Positions 49,633 through 59,448 of a DNA stretch of 64,000 nucleotides are shown here, piece after piece. This DNA is from Candidatus Deferrimicrobiaceae bacterium (GTDB lineage: Bacteria > Desulfobacterota > Deferrimicrobia > Deferrimicrobiales > Deferrimicrobiaceae): the NCBI GenBank assembly GCA_963792415.1, contig CAWBVY010000010.1, positions 65,751 to 129,750 on the forward strand, read 5' to 3'. The translations under genes were made by a program, and so were the position numbers. The first letter of the stretch is position 1. Every line of letters begins with the position of its first letter. The notes under the pieces are model-generated. The model ran no database searches, was not told the origin of the DNA, and saw only the letters and a list, made by a program, of their open reading frames with translations.

Positions 49633-50856
49633 ATGTCCGCGCTTCTGAACGCGTTCGGGAACCGGCGCGTCTTCTTCGTCCTGCTGCTCGGTTTCTCCTC
49701 CGGGATCCCGCTGGCCCTGACCGGCTCGACCCTGCAGGCCTGGATGGCGTCCGAAAAGGTCGACCTGACGGTGATCGGGCTCTTCTCCCTCGTCGGCCTG
49801 CCCTACACGTTCAAGTACCTCTGGTCCCCGCTGATGGACCGGTTCGTCCCCCCGTTCCTCGGCCGTCGTCGCGGGTGGATGCTGGTGACCCAGGCGGCCC
49901 TTTTCCTCGTCATCGCCGCGATGGCGTTCTCCGCCCCGAAGGCGCACCCCGGCGCGCTCGCGCTCCTGTCGCTCCTCGTCGCCTTCTGCAGCGCGAGCCA
50001 GGACATCGTGGTCGACGCGTGGCGAACCGAGGTCCTCGCCCCGGAGGAGCTGGGTCCGGGTGCGGGGGTGCACATCCTCGGGTACCGCGTGGCGATGCTC
50101 ACCTCGGGCGCGGTCGCACTGATCCTCGCCGACCGGATGCCGTGGCGGGTCGTCTATCTCCTGATGGCCGGCTCCCTCGTCGTGGGGATGACCGCCTCCC
50201 TTCTCGCCCCGGAGCCGGAGCTTCCGGCGAAGGCGCCGAGGACGCTGAAGGAGGCGGTGGTCGAGCCGTTCCTGGAGTTCTTCGCCCGCCGCGGGGCGGT
50301 CGGGATCCTCGCGTTCATCGTCTTCTACAAGCTCGACGTGGTGATGGCGACCGCGCTGACGACCCCCTTCCTCCTCGAGCTCGGCTTCACGAAGACCGAC
50401 ATCGGGGCGGTGACGAAGGGGTTGGGGATGCTCGCGACGATCGCGGGAACCCTCGCGGGCGGGGCCATCGTCGCGCAGGCCGGGATGAAGGCGTCCCTGT
50501 GGATCTTCGGGATCCTCCAGTCGGTGTCGACCTTTACGTTCTTCGCTCTGGCCCGCCTGGGACACCACTACCCGATGATGGTGGCGGCGATCGGGATCGA
50601 GAACCTGTGCAGCGGGATGGGAACGGCGGCGTACGCCGCGTTCCTCATGAGCATGTGCGACAAGCGGTTCACCGCCACCCAGTACGCCCTGCTCACGAGC
50701 CTCATGGCGGTCACGCGGGTGGTCGTCGGCGCGCCCACCGGGTTCCTCGCCAAGACGTACGGCTGGGAGACGTACTTCGTCATCAGCGCCCTCGCCGCCA
50801 TCCCGGGTCTCCTCTTCCTCCTGAGGTACGACCGGTGGAAGGTCCCGTCCGCGTGA
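49633..50856 (+). CDS. ampG: Muropeptide MFS permease
   Basis: LGFSSGIP, FKYLWSPLMDR, GRRRGWML, SASQDIVVDAWR, ATQYALL. Confidence 0.93.
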   Translation: MSALLNAFGNRRVFFVLLLGFSSGIPLALTGSTLQAWMASEKVDLTVIGLFSLVGLPYTFKYLWSPLMDRFVPPFLGRRRGWMLVTQAALFLVIAAMAFSAPKAHPGALALLSLLVAFCSASQDIVVDAWRTEVLAPEELGPGAGVHILGYRVAMLTSGAVALILADRMPWRVVYLLMAGSLVVGMTASLLAPEPELPAKAPRTLKEAVVEPFLEFFARRGAVGILAFIVFYKLDVVMATALTTPFLLELGFTKTDIGAVTKGLGMLATIAGTLAGGAIVAQAGMKASLWIFGILQSVSTFTFFALARLGHHYPMMVAAIGIENLCSGMGTAAYAAFLMSMCDKRFTATQYALLTSLMAVTRVVVGAPTGFLAKTYGWETYFVISALAAIPGLLFLLRYDRWKVPSA

Positions 50857-50917
50857 CCTTGGCGCCCGCGACACCTCCGCATCTCCGCCTGGTGGGCGCC
50901 ACGGTACAATAGGGCGC

Positions 50918-52655
50918 ATGTCCCTGCGTGAACTAATGCTCATCGTGGACCTCTCCTCCGGGCGGATGCGGCGGGAGGAGATCCCCGCGGGGTTCCTCCG
51001 CGCGTACCTCGGCGGGCGCGGTCTCGGCGTGCGGCTCCTCCGGGGGCGCCACTCCCTTTCCCCGTTCGACCCGGCGATGCCGATCGTCTTCGCCGTCGGC
51101 CCCCTGTGCGGGACACCTGCGCCGACCTCCGCGCGCCTCTCGGTGGTCTCCCGCTCCCCGCTGACCGGGACCGTGTACGACTGCTCCGCGGGGGGCCGGT
51201 TCGCGTGGCGCCTGCGGGCGGCGGGACTCTTCGCGATCCTCGTCGAGGGGAGAAGCCCCCGCCCCGTCGCTCTCGCCGTCACCTCCTCCGGGGAGGAACT
51301 TCTTCCGGCGGACGACCTGTGGACAAAAGGCGTGGGAGAGACGGTGCGCGCGCTGTCGGACCGCGGGAGCGTCGCCGCCATCGGCCCCGCGGGGGAAAAC
51401 GGCGTCCTCTTCTCCAGCGTCATGATGGGCGAGGGGAACGCGGTCGGACGCGGGGGGCTGGGCGCCGTCCTGGGAAGGAAGAACCTGAAGGCCGTCACGG
51501 TGGACGGCGACCGGACCGTGCCGGTGGCGGACCGGGAGCGGTTCGACCGCGCCCGCGCGGACGTCCTCCGCCTGTTCCGGGCCTCTCCCGTGATCTTCGG
51601 GGAGCTCGGGATCTCCGAGTACGGCACCCCCGCGCTGGTCGACCTCATGCGCCAGCGGCGGATGGCCCCCACGGAGAACTTCCGCCGCACCGTCTTCGAG
51701 GATTCGTCCGCGTACTCCGGCCCGGCGATCCGCGACCGCGTACGGCGCGAGGAAGGAGGGCTGTTTCGGCTGCCCCATCCGCTGCAAGAAGCGCGCGTCC
51801 GACGGGCGCTCGCTGCCGGAGTACGAGACGGTGTCCCACTTCGGGGCGTTGAACGGCATCTCCGACCTCCACGCGATCGTCCGCTCGAACGACGCCTGCA
51901 ACGACCTCGGGATGGACACGATCTCCGCCGCGGCCACCCTGTCCGCGTGGGGCGAGGCGCGGGGACGGTTCCCCTCCCCGGAGGAGATCGGGCCGCTTCT
52001 CCACGACATCGCCCACCGGCGGGGCGAGGGGGATCTCCTCGCGGAGGGGTCCCGCCGGGTCGCGGAGTCCCTCGGGAAGCCGGGGCTCTCGATGTCGGTC
52101 AAGTCGCTGGAGCTGCCGGCCTACGACCCGCGGGGGGCGTACGGGATGGCGCTGGCCTACGTCACCAGCAACCGCGGCGGGTGCCACCTGCGGGCGTACC
52201 CCATCTCCCACGAGATCCTCCGCAAGCCCGTCGCGTCGGACCGGTTCTCCTTTTCGGGGAAGGCGCGGATGATCAAGATCGCGGAGGACGCGAACGCGGC
52301 GGTGGACTCCCTCGTGGCGTGCAAGTTCGCCTTTTTCGGCGCCTCCCTCGAGGAGTACGCGGAGCTGCTCTCGGCGGCGACGGGGGAGCATCACACCCCG
52401 CAGTCGCTCAAGGAGATCGGCGAGCGGGTGTACCTCACGGAGCGGTTCTACAACGCGCGGAACGGCTTCACGCGGGCGGACGACGACCTGCCGGACCGCT
52501 TCTTCACCGAGGCGGGCACCGAAGGCGAGGGGATCGACATCCCCCCGATCGACCGCGCCCGGTTCGGGGAGGAGCTGACGAAGTATTACCGGATCCGGGG
52601 ACTCCGGGACGACGGCTCCTTTCCGGACGACGGATTCCTGGAGCGGCAGCCGTGA
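50918..52655 (+). CDS. Aldehyde:ferredoxin oxidoreductase (W-pterin family), frameshift near 51738
   Basis: YLGGRGLG, IGPAGENGV, GRGGLGAVLGRKNLKA in one frame. After the shift come GCFGCPIRC, LGMDTIS, YDPRG, NRGGCHL, DDDLPDRF. Confidence 0.9.
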
Positions 52656-53830
52656 GATCCCTGATCGCGAAGTACGCCCGGAAGATGGAGAGGGACCGCT
52701 CGGTCGTCCCCGGGCGCGTCGGCATCGCCGCCCAGGACGACGTGATGGTCTCCGAAGGCGCCCCCGACCTTTCGCGGCTTGCCGCCGACGTCCTGTCGCG
52801 CCTGTCGTGCCTGGGGGTCGTCGCGGCGGCGCCGTCCCTTCCCTTCGCGGAGTTCCTCCTCCGCCGGGCGGACGCGGGTGCGGAGGCGATCGTCCCCCTG
52901 GACACGGAGACGCGGACGTTCCTTCACGACATCCCGATCGTCCGGCGGGAGAAGCTCGCGGGGAACGCCGCGCACGCGATCGCCGCGCTCCTTTCGAACC
53001 GGAAAGGGGTGATCGCCGAAGGCGTGGGGATCGTCGCGTCGGGGCCGGTGACGCTCGAGCAGGCGTACATCCACTACTCCAGCGTATTCCACGCCGCCTT
53101 CGTGAAGTACCTGCTCGATGCGCTGCAGGCGGGCTTCGTCCTGCCCGGGGAGGCGGAGGCGTTCCAGGCATTCCGGGAGACGTTCCTCCGGCCGCCGACG
53201 GCGGAGGGCCTCCCCTTCCGCGCCGGCCCCCTCGACGACCCGGAAGAAATCCTGGCGGAGATCCGCGCCGTCGGACGCCACACCGTCCTGCGGGAGCTGG
53301 TCGACTCCTTCTTCGGCAACATTTCGTACCGTGCCGGGGACACGATCTACATCTCCCAGACCGCCGCCTCCCTCGACGAACTCTCCGGATGCGTCGACCC
53401 GGTCCCCATGGACAACCGCTCCACGACCGGGATCACCGCCTCCAGCGAACTGCTCGCCCACCGCCGGATCTACGAGGCGACCGGCGCGCGCGCCATCCTG
53501 CACGGGCACCCGAGGTTCGCCGTGGCGATGAGCATGCTGTGCGACGTGAAGGATTGCCCCGTCAAGGACTGCTGGAAGGATTGCACCCGCGTCCGGTTGC
53601 TCGGGGACACTCCGGTGGTGGCCGGGGAGATCGGCGCGGGGGGGCTCGCGGCGCGCGTCCCGCCGGTGATCGGCGGGCCGGGAAAGGCGATCGTCTACGG
53701 CCACGGGGTCTTCGCGATCGGGAGGGACGGGTTCGGGGAGGCGTTCCGCTCGATGGTGGACGTGGAGAACCGGTGCCGGGAGGAGTATTTCCGCCGGCTC
53801 GACGCCCGCACTCAGTCGAAGTCGGAGTAG
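52652..53830 (+). CDS. Class II aldolase/adducin-family protein with N-terminal extension
   Basis: GTG overlaps the AOR stop; FFGNISYR, ASSELLAHRRIY, AILHGHP, VYGHGVF. Confidence 0.8.
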   Translation: MRSLIAKYARKMERDRSVVPGRVGIAAQDDVMVSEGAPDLSRLAADVLSRLSCLGVVAAAPSLPFAEFLLRRADAGAEAIVPLDTETRTFLHDIPIVRREKLAGNAAHAIAALLSNRKGVIAEGVGIVASGPVTLEQAYIHYSSVFHAAFVKYLLDALQAGFVLPGEAEAFQAFRETFLRPPTAEGLPFRAGPLDDPEEILAEIRAVGRHTVLRELVDSFFGNISYRAGDTIYISQTAASLDELSGCVDPVPMDNRSTTGITASSELLAHRRIYEATGARAILHGHPRFAVAMSMLCDVKDCPVKDCWKDCTRVRLLGDTPVVAGEIGAGGLAARVPPVIGGPGKAIVYGHGVFAIGRDGFGEAFRSMVDVENRCREEYFRRLDARTQSKSE

Positions 53831-55002
53831 ATCTCGCCGAAGTGGAGCCCGGCGTACTGGGCCTGCTGCTCCTGGGTCCCGATCTTGACGCGCGCGTACT
53901 GCAGGTCCTGGCTGGTGCTGCCGTTGCGGATCCCCGCGTACGCCTCGACGAAGGCGGCCAGGTGGTCGGCGCGCTTGACCAGCTCCCCGTCCTTCGGGTT
54001 GTAGACGTCCTCGTTGTACTTCCCCTGCAGGTCGGCGGCCGACACCGTGGTGCGCACCCCGTCGACCGTGGCGAAGTTCTCGAACTCCCGCTCGGAGTAC
54101 ATCCCGAACTCGGCGTGCCACCCCTCGGGCAGCAGCACGTACACCTCCTGGTCCATCCGCTCCTTCTCGTACCCCTTGATCAGCTCCGTCAACCCCTCCA
54201 CCGACCGCTTCACGGGGGAGATGATGTCGCGGGTGAGCACCTCCGGAAGGTCGTGGAAGAGCCCGGTGATGCAGTTGTTGACGCACCGCCGCGGGCACGC
54301 CCTGATCTCCAGGGAGAAGAGGTACGAGAGGATCGCGACGTAGAGGGAGTGGCCCAGAACGGAGGTCTTCGGGATCCGGTGGAGGTGCGCCCAGCGGGAC
54401 TGGAACCGCAGCTGGCCGCACAGGTCGATGAAGTTGCGGAACCGCCTCTCCGAGGCGAGGAGCGCCATCCCTTCCAGGTCGTCGAACCCGGCGATCTTCG
54501 CGTCGAGATCCGCGCGGATCTCGGCGATCTCGTACCCGCCGGGGTTCGCCCGCTCGACGATCAGGAACTCCCACCGGGTCGCGTAGAAGTGGGCGGCGGC
54601 GAGGATCCGCCGCTCCACCGTGTCCTCCGGTTCGAGAAAGTGGTCCTGGTACCGCCGGCAGAACGGCTTCCCGAGGGGCGAGATCAGGGGCCGCAACTCC
54701 CCGTACACCCACTCGTTCAGCTGCCGGTACCTCTTCGTGTCGGCCTTGATCTTGTAGAAGATCTGCGGCTTCAGGTCGGTGATCACGATCCGCTGCAGGA
54801 GCTCGAAGATCCCCCCCTCGATGAGCCGGGTCCAGCTGACCGGCGTCCCGCGATCCTCCTCGACCCGCGCGAGGAACCAGGCGACGATCATCTTGTGCGC
54901 CTGCTTGTCGAGCTCGATCAGCTCGACCGGCCGGATCTTGTCGTTCCAGCGCTGCATGTAGGCGGCGTCGAGGAACTTCAGCAGCAGCGCTTTCCGGATC
55001 AT
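53812..55002 (-). CDS. Tandem HD-domain protein (YfbR-like)
   Basis: MQRWND in the first module; QSRW..SVLGHS..FHDLPE..DIISPVK..ADHLAA in the second. Confidence 0.8.
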   Translation of the reverse strand: MIRKALLLKFLDAAYMQRWNDKIRPVELIELDKQAHKMIVAWFLARVEEDRGTPVSWTRLIEGGIFELLQRIVITDLKPQIFYKIKADTKRYRQLNEWVYGELRPLISPLGKPFCRRYQDHFLEPEDTVERRILAAAHFYATRWEFLIVERANPGGYEIAEIRADLDAKIAGFDDLEGMALLASERRFRNFIDLCGQLRFQSRWAHLHRIPKTSVLGHSLYVAILSYLFSLEIRACPRRCVNNCITGLFHDLPEVLTRDIISPVKRSVEGLTELIKGYEKERMDQEVYVLLPEGWHAEFGMYSEREFENFATVDGVRTTVSAADLQGKYNEDVYNPKDGELVKRADHLAAFVEAYAGIRNGSTSQDLQYARVKIGTQEQQAQYAGLHFGEIYSDFD

Positions 55003-55020
55003 CCGCGCGGCCTCACTGCC

Positions 55021-55908
55021 CTATTCCTTCGGCACAAGGACGATCTCGATCCTCCGGTTCTTCGCTCTCCCCTCCGGCGTGTCGTTGGTCGCGACCGGCT
55101 CCCACTCCCCGTAGGCGACGGCGGAGAGATTCGCGGGGTCGATCCCCTGGTCCTGCAGGTACCGGGCGACGTTGATCGCCCGCGCCGCGGAGAGTTCCCA
55201 GTTCGTCGGGTACCGCTGGGCGAGGGAGCGGCTGATCGGCACGTCGTCCGTGTGTCCCTCGATCCGGATCGACTTGTCCTTCACGTCCTTCAGGATCGAG
55301 ATGACCTTCCCAAGGATCTGGTGCCCGCCCTTCTTGACCTCGGCCTTCCCCGAGTCGAAGAGGATCGAGTCGACCATGTTGACCGTCAGCTTCCCCTTGA
55401 GTTCCGAGATCGTCACCTGTCCCTGCTCGATCTCCGACTTCATCTTTTCGAGCATGCTTTCGTAGGTCGAGCTGACTTTCTGTACCTGCTCCTCCCTGGC
55501 CTTCAGCAGGCTCTCGTTCTCCGCCTTGAGCATCCTGTTTTCCGCATCGAGGTCGGCGACCTTCCTGCGCAGTTCGACGATCGACTGCGAGAGGCTGTCG
55601 GACCTCGACCGCAGGATCCCGTCGAGCTCCTCCTTGTCCGCGAGGGCCTTGTCCCGCTGGTCGGTGACGTAGGAGAGGTCGGTGGTCAGCTTTTCCTCCT
55701 GGAGCGTCATCCTCGCCAGGTCGGACTTGAGCACGGCATTCTCCGCGATGAGGTCGTCGTTTTTCTTCTGCAGCAGGGCGAGGTGCTTCGTGAGCGTGTC
55801 CGCCTCGTCCACCTTCTTCTGGTAGGTGGACTGCATCACCGAGCAGGCGGACAGGCCTGCCGCGAGCAGCACGACCAGGAACGGGAGGACGATATTTTTC
55901 TTCACCAC
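55021..55908 (-). CDS. Coiled-coil lipoprotein with MotB/OmpA-like peptidoglycan-binding domain
   Basis: LSAC lipobox, long coiled coil, LFDSG, EGHTDD, NWELSAARA, NRRIEI. Confidence 0.9.
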   Translation of the reverse strand: MVKKNIVLPFLVVLLAAGLSACSVMQSTYQKKVDEADTLTKHLALLQKKNDDLIAENAVLKSDLARMTLQEEKLTTDLSYVTDQRDKALADKEELDGILRSRSDSLSQSIVELRRKVADLDAENRMLKAENESLLKAREEQVQKVSSTYESMLEKMKSEIEQGQVTISELKGKLTVNMVDSILFDSGKAEVKKGGHQILGKVISILKDVKDKSIRIEGHTDDVPISRSLAQRYPTNWELSAARAINVARYLQDQGIDPANLSAVAYGEWEPVATNDTPEGRAKNRRIEIVLVPKE

Positions 55909-55930
55909 GACCCTCCTTTTGCGGCGACCT

Positions 55931-57172
55931 TCACGGCCGCGCGGCGACGTTGCCGAGGAAATCCCGGACCACCTGGATCATCTTGTTCTTCACCCCGGGC
56001 TTCCCCCCCTCGGGGGGCTTCTCGTTTTCGATGAGGAAGGCGTCGTGACCGTGGATCGTCGAGAGCTCGAGGCACGCCACGGCGAGTCCGTTCTGGAGGA
56101 TCGCGTTGCGGATCTCCTGCGACTGGTACGTCGGGTAGAGCCAGTCGGTGTCGAAGGAGATGATCAGGAACTTCGACTTCACGTTCTCGAACGCCTTCGC
56201 CAGCCGCCCCGAGGGCCCGGCGAGGTCGAAGATGTCGATCGCCTTCGTGATGCACAGGTACGAGTTGGCGTCGAACCGGCGGTCGAAGACGAAGACCTCC
56301 CCCTGATGCTTCAGGTACCCCTCCACCGAGAATTCGATGGCGGAGTGCAGCCCGATCGTCCCCTCGGCCCACTTCCCCTGCCGCCCGCCCCCCTTCGCCG
56401 CGGCGAGCTGCTTCATCCGGCCGAACTTCTCGTGCATCTTCCGGTCCGAGAGGTAGGTGATGAACCCCACCATCCGCGCCACGGACAGGCCGCGCTCCGG
56501 GACGGTCCTCCACCCGTAGTATTCGCCTTCGTGGAACTCGGGGTCGGCGAGGATCGCCACCCTGCCGACGTGGTTGAAGGCGATCTGCTGCGGCGAGTGG
56601 CGCGAGGTCGTCGCGATCGGGATGGCCGACGCGACGCGGTCCGGGTAGTCGACCGCCCACTGGAGCGCCTGCATCCCCCCCATCGACCCGCCGATGACCG
56701 TCAGCAGGCGCTCGATGCCGAGGTGATCGAGAAGATGCGACTGCGCCCGCGCCATATCTCCGATCGTGACCACGGGGAACGACAGACCGTACGGCCTCCC
56801 CGTTTTCGGGTCGACCGAGGACGGCCCCGTGCTGCCGTAGCACGACCCGATCACGTTCGAGCAGATGACGAAATATTTCTCCGTGTCCAGCGCGCGTCCC
56901 GGGCCGATCAGGAAGTCCCACCACCCCGGCTTCTCCTTCGACGGGTCCTGCCCCGGAAGGAAACCCGCCGCGTGGGCGCTCCCGGAGAAGGCGTGCTGCA
57001 CCAGGACGGCGTTGCTCTTCTCCCGGTTGAGCTTCCCGTACGTCTCGTAGGCGAGCGTGATGGGGCCGAGCTTCCCCCCGATGTCGAGGGGCATCTCGTG
57101 GGGCGGCTCGGCGAAGGTGAACCGGTTCGTCTCGACGAAACCGACGGACCCCTCGGGCAGGTGCGTTTTCAT
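55931..57172 (-). CDS. metX: Homoserine O-acetyltransferase
   Basis: HAFSGSAHAAG, SNVIGSCYGSTGP, GGSMGG, RFDANSY, HGHDAFL. Confidence 0.94.
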   Translation of the reverse strand: MKTHLPEGSVGFVETNRFTFAEPPHEMPLDIGGKLGPITLAYETYGKLNREKSNAVLVQHAFSGSAHAAGFLPGQDPSKEKPGWWDFLIGPGRALDTEKYFVICSNVIGSCYGSTGPSSVDPKTGRPYGLSFPVVTIGDMARAQSHLLDHLGIERLLTVIGGSMGGMQALQWAVDYPDRVASAIPIATTSRHSPQQIAFNHVGRVAILADPEFHEGEYYGWRTVPERGLSVARMVGFITYLSDRKMHEKFGRMKQLAAAKGGGRQGKWAEGTIGLHSAIEFSVEGYLKHQGEVFVFDRRFDANSYLCITKAIDIFDLAGPSGRLAKAFENVKSKFLIISFDTDWLYPTYQSQEIRNAILQNGLAVACLELSTIHGHDAFLIENEKPPEGGKPGVKNKMIQVVRDFLGNVAARP

Positions 57173-57270
57173 GGGGGTAATGATATCAAAAGATCCCGCC
57201 GGACGGGCGATCGGGAGATCCCGCGGGACCTCTTTCTCCTCGCTTTCGGCAAGCTCAAGGCAGGCCTTTT

Positions 57271-57371
57271 GAATGGTTAATGGTGAACGGTTAATTGTGA
57301 ATTGTGAATGGGGGGCTGCTGCTTGCTGCGTGATGCGTGATTCGGCCCCCCGGCCCCCAATCCTGGGGGAG
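57271..57371. repeat. Heptamer tandem repeats plus a short REP-like hairpin
   Basis: GAATGGT TAATGGT GAACGGT TAATTGT GAATTGT GAATGG (57271-57311), and CCCCCAATCCTGGGGG near 57354-57369. Confidence 0.6.
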
Positions 57372-57534
57372 GCTTGCCAGGTAAAGCTTGGCTGGCTCAG
57401 CGTTCCTGCCAAGGTAGGGGGCTGCCGTATCCTTCTATCTTTTTGGGCCGGTCTGTACTGGCGGGAGAATCGGGCGTTGGTATTGGGGTGTTGGATGTAC
57501 AACAACGTCCTACAAATGGGGTGGCGCATATCAC

Positions 57535-58080
57535 ATGAGAGCGTTGGTGATGGACGGGTTGGAAACGGGGACGGCTGTCGAAGCGGAGAGCGGGATGCCG
57601 GCAAGTGCTTGGGCGACGGAGATGGGTGAACGGGCGCAGATCTGGCGGGAGTTGACGGCTATTGAGCGGCGGTTTGTGGTGGAGGATGCGGTGGCGCTCT
57701 ATCTGGCCTGGCGGCGGCGCGAGATCCAACGGCTGGATCGGATGATCGAGGCCGGGGCGATGGATAGGTTGGATGATCAGATCGATGCGCATCGAATGGA
57801 GGATGCGGCTGGTGAGGAGACCGGGATGATGCAGCCGCCTGGCGGGACTCTGGCGCCCCGGCCGCCGGTGAATGGAGAGGGGGAGCAGTGGATGCACAGG
57901 GTGTACGACTTTATGGCGGAACGAGCGGAGTGGGTGAGCATTCCGCAGATGATCCAGGCGTTTGGCGTGCCGCACCACAAGGTCTATGGCGGGGTCGAGC
58001 GGTTGCAGCGGCTGGGGCTGGTGGTGGTGGCGGAGAGCGGGCGGCGGGTGAAAATGTGGGCGATCCGGCGGGATGGGTAG
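57535..58080 (+). CDS. Hypothetical protein with possible C-terminal winged HTH (phage-like)
   Basis: RVYDFMAERAEWVSIPQMIQAFGVPHHKVYGGVERLQRLGLV; G/T-skewed codon usage unlike the upstream host. Confidence 0.5.
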   Translation: MRALVMDGLETGTAVEAESGMPASAWATEMGERAQIWRELTAIERRFVVEDAVALYLAWRRREIQRLDRMIEAGAMDRLDDQIDAHRMEDAAGEETGMMQPPGGTLAPRPPVNGEGEQWMHRVYDFMAERAEWVSIPQMIQAFGVPHHKVYGGVERLQRLGLVVVAESGRRVKMWAIRRDG

Positions 58081-58152
58081 GAAGGTGTTGGGCGGAGATT
58101 TGTATTCTGACTGCTTGCTACTTACTGCTTGAGGGCCGATTGCGGGTAGCGG

Positions 58153-58425
58153 ATGATGGGTGAGGGGATGACGGTGGATGAGTTGAGGACGGCGGTGTTG
58201 GTGGTGCGGCGGTTTCTTGGGGACGAGGTGCGGATTCGGCAGCGGTTGCAGGTTTCTCAGCCGTGGAAGCGGGATCAGTGGCGCAGGAAGGAGCTACAGG
58301 CAGCGGAGGTGAAGGCGGCGTATGAGCGGATTGTGGTCTATGTGACGAGTACGGAACCGGCGAGCAGGCTGGAGGCGGCGCCGCGCCAGCAGGCGTTGTT
58401 CACGGAAATCGATGAAGTCATCTGA
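58153..58425 (+). CDS. Small hypothetical protein (phage-like)
   Basis: 90 aa with the same G/T skew; ends RQQALFTEIDEVI. Confidence 0.45.
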   Translation: MMGEGMTVDELRTAVLVVRRFLGDEVRIRQRLQVSQPWKRDQWRRKELQAAEVKAAYERIVVYVTSTEPASRLEAAPRQQALFTEIDEVI

Positions 58426-58449
58426 CGGGGGGATTTTTTGATCCGGACT

Positions 58450-58680
58450 AGTCAAATGACTGTATCGACCTCCTAAGGCAACTACCACTTTCAGTCGGCT
58501 GCCGGGGATTTTTGGTTCAACAGGATCTCAGGTAATTGGTGCGAACGGCAGCGGCCGAAGCCGCCGCCTGATATGGGAAGTGCGTTGAAACGCACTGGTC
58601 AGAGTGGCTCACAGACCGCTTCAGCGGGTTTCCCATGGCAGACGCCGGTTTCAACCGGCAGTGTCAACCGCATGAGATCC
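58450..58680 (-). ncRNA. Candidate structured non-coding RNA of unknown family
   Basis: At least six helices, including GGCGGCGGC-UUCG-GCCGCUGCC and 8-bp and 7-bp closing stems (see finding). Confidence 0.4.
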
Positions 58681-59263
58681 CAATGAGTAAGAAGAAGCGG
58701 CGCAAGGGACCCAAGCCGACCTCCTATCGCCAGGTCTTCATCAGCCACTATCGCGCACAGCAGCGCACGGCGATTCTCTACACCAAAAGCCCTGCCTTTG
58801 TCGAGGATATGAAGTTTCGCGCCTCCATCGAGCGCATCATTGCCGCGCTGGTGCGCTACAACGATGCACGCCATGCCCACGGGCGGGGACTGGCCAACGC
58901 CGACTTTCAGATGCAGATGGCGGCCACGGCCTACAATTTGAAAAAGTGGCACAAGCTGACCTTGGATGCAGAGCGCGCCACTCGCTATCGACCCGGCGAT
59001 CCGCCGCCCGATCCGCCGCCCGATCCGGCTTGAGCGCCAGCCGACCTGCATTCGTCCGCACATTGACATCGTTTCATGCCCGTCCGCTCCGGCAGCGCGT
59101 CCTGCACGCGGCCGGAGCAGGTCACTTCACGGCCTCAGCACTGCATAATCGGGCAACTTAGCCTCGCAAAGCGGCGCTCCGGTCGGCAAACCGGTTACGA
59201 CCATAAAAAAAGCGGGGCCAAGCCCCGCTTGCTTCCCCCATCCTCGATTTGTGTAACACTCTC
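58635..59263 (+). mobile_element. 3' remnant of an IS (IS1182/IS5-like DDE transposase C-terminus) with probable right end
   Basis: RASIERIIAAL..ARHAHGRGL..AATAYNLKKW resembles DDE_Tnp_1_6 ends; candidate terminal IR TTGTGTAACACTCTC ending at 59263. Confidence 0.65.
59204..59230 (-). terminator. Intrinsic terminator-like hairpin
   Basis: Minus strand GCGGGGC-TTG-GCCCCGC followed by TTTTTTT. Confidence 0.6.
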
Positions 59264-59419
59264 CTGACGGGGATTCCTCTCGGCCGGACCCTTAAACGCC
59301 CCAAATGGCCTAAAACCCTGCTTCGTACTCTGGAGGAGGCCTGGCGGACTCTCTTTCAAAACCTGCCCCAAACGGGTAAAACTTGGAATTTCACGATGTT
59401 TACGCTCTTGCATGCCCAT

Positions 59420-59448
59420 ATTATATCCGCAAAACCCCAATCGATCAA
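59420..59448 (-). promoter_or_regulatory. sigma70 promoter of a leaderless ORF (ATG 59413) truncated by the IS end
   Basis: TTGATC-N17-TATAAT, with ATG 6 nt downstream (MQERKHREIPSF..). Confidence 0.55.

Noticed and set aside
50918-53830. 970-aa AOR-aldolase fusion in the ORF track
   Set aside because: Artefact. A 1-nt shift near 51738 moves the AOR C-terminal half to another frame ending at 52655, and the intervening translation is nonsense.
58560-58640. Cobalamin riboswitch-like GGGAA..hairpin on the plus strand
   Set aside because: It lacks the GCCACTG and B12-box elements, and the G-U pair and UUCG loop favour the minus strand.
58422-59272. Direct repeats CTGACGGGG (58422, 59264) and CGACCTCCTA (58466, 58717) as target-site duplications
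   Set aside because: The enclosed ends are not inverted repeats of each other and removal restores no obvious gene; they may be chance.
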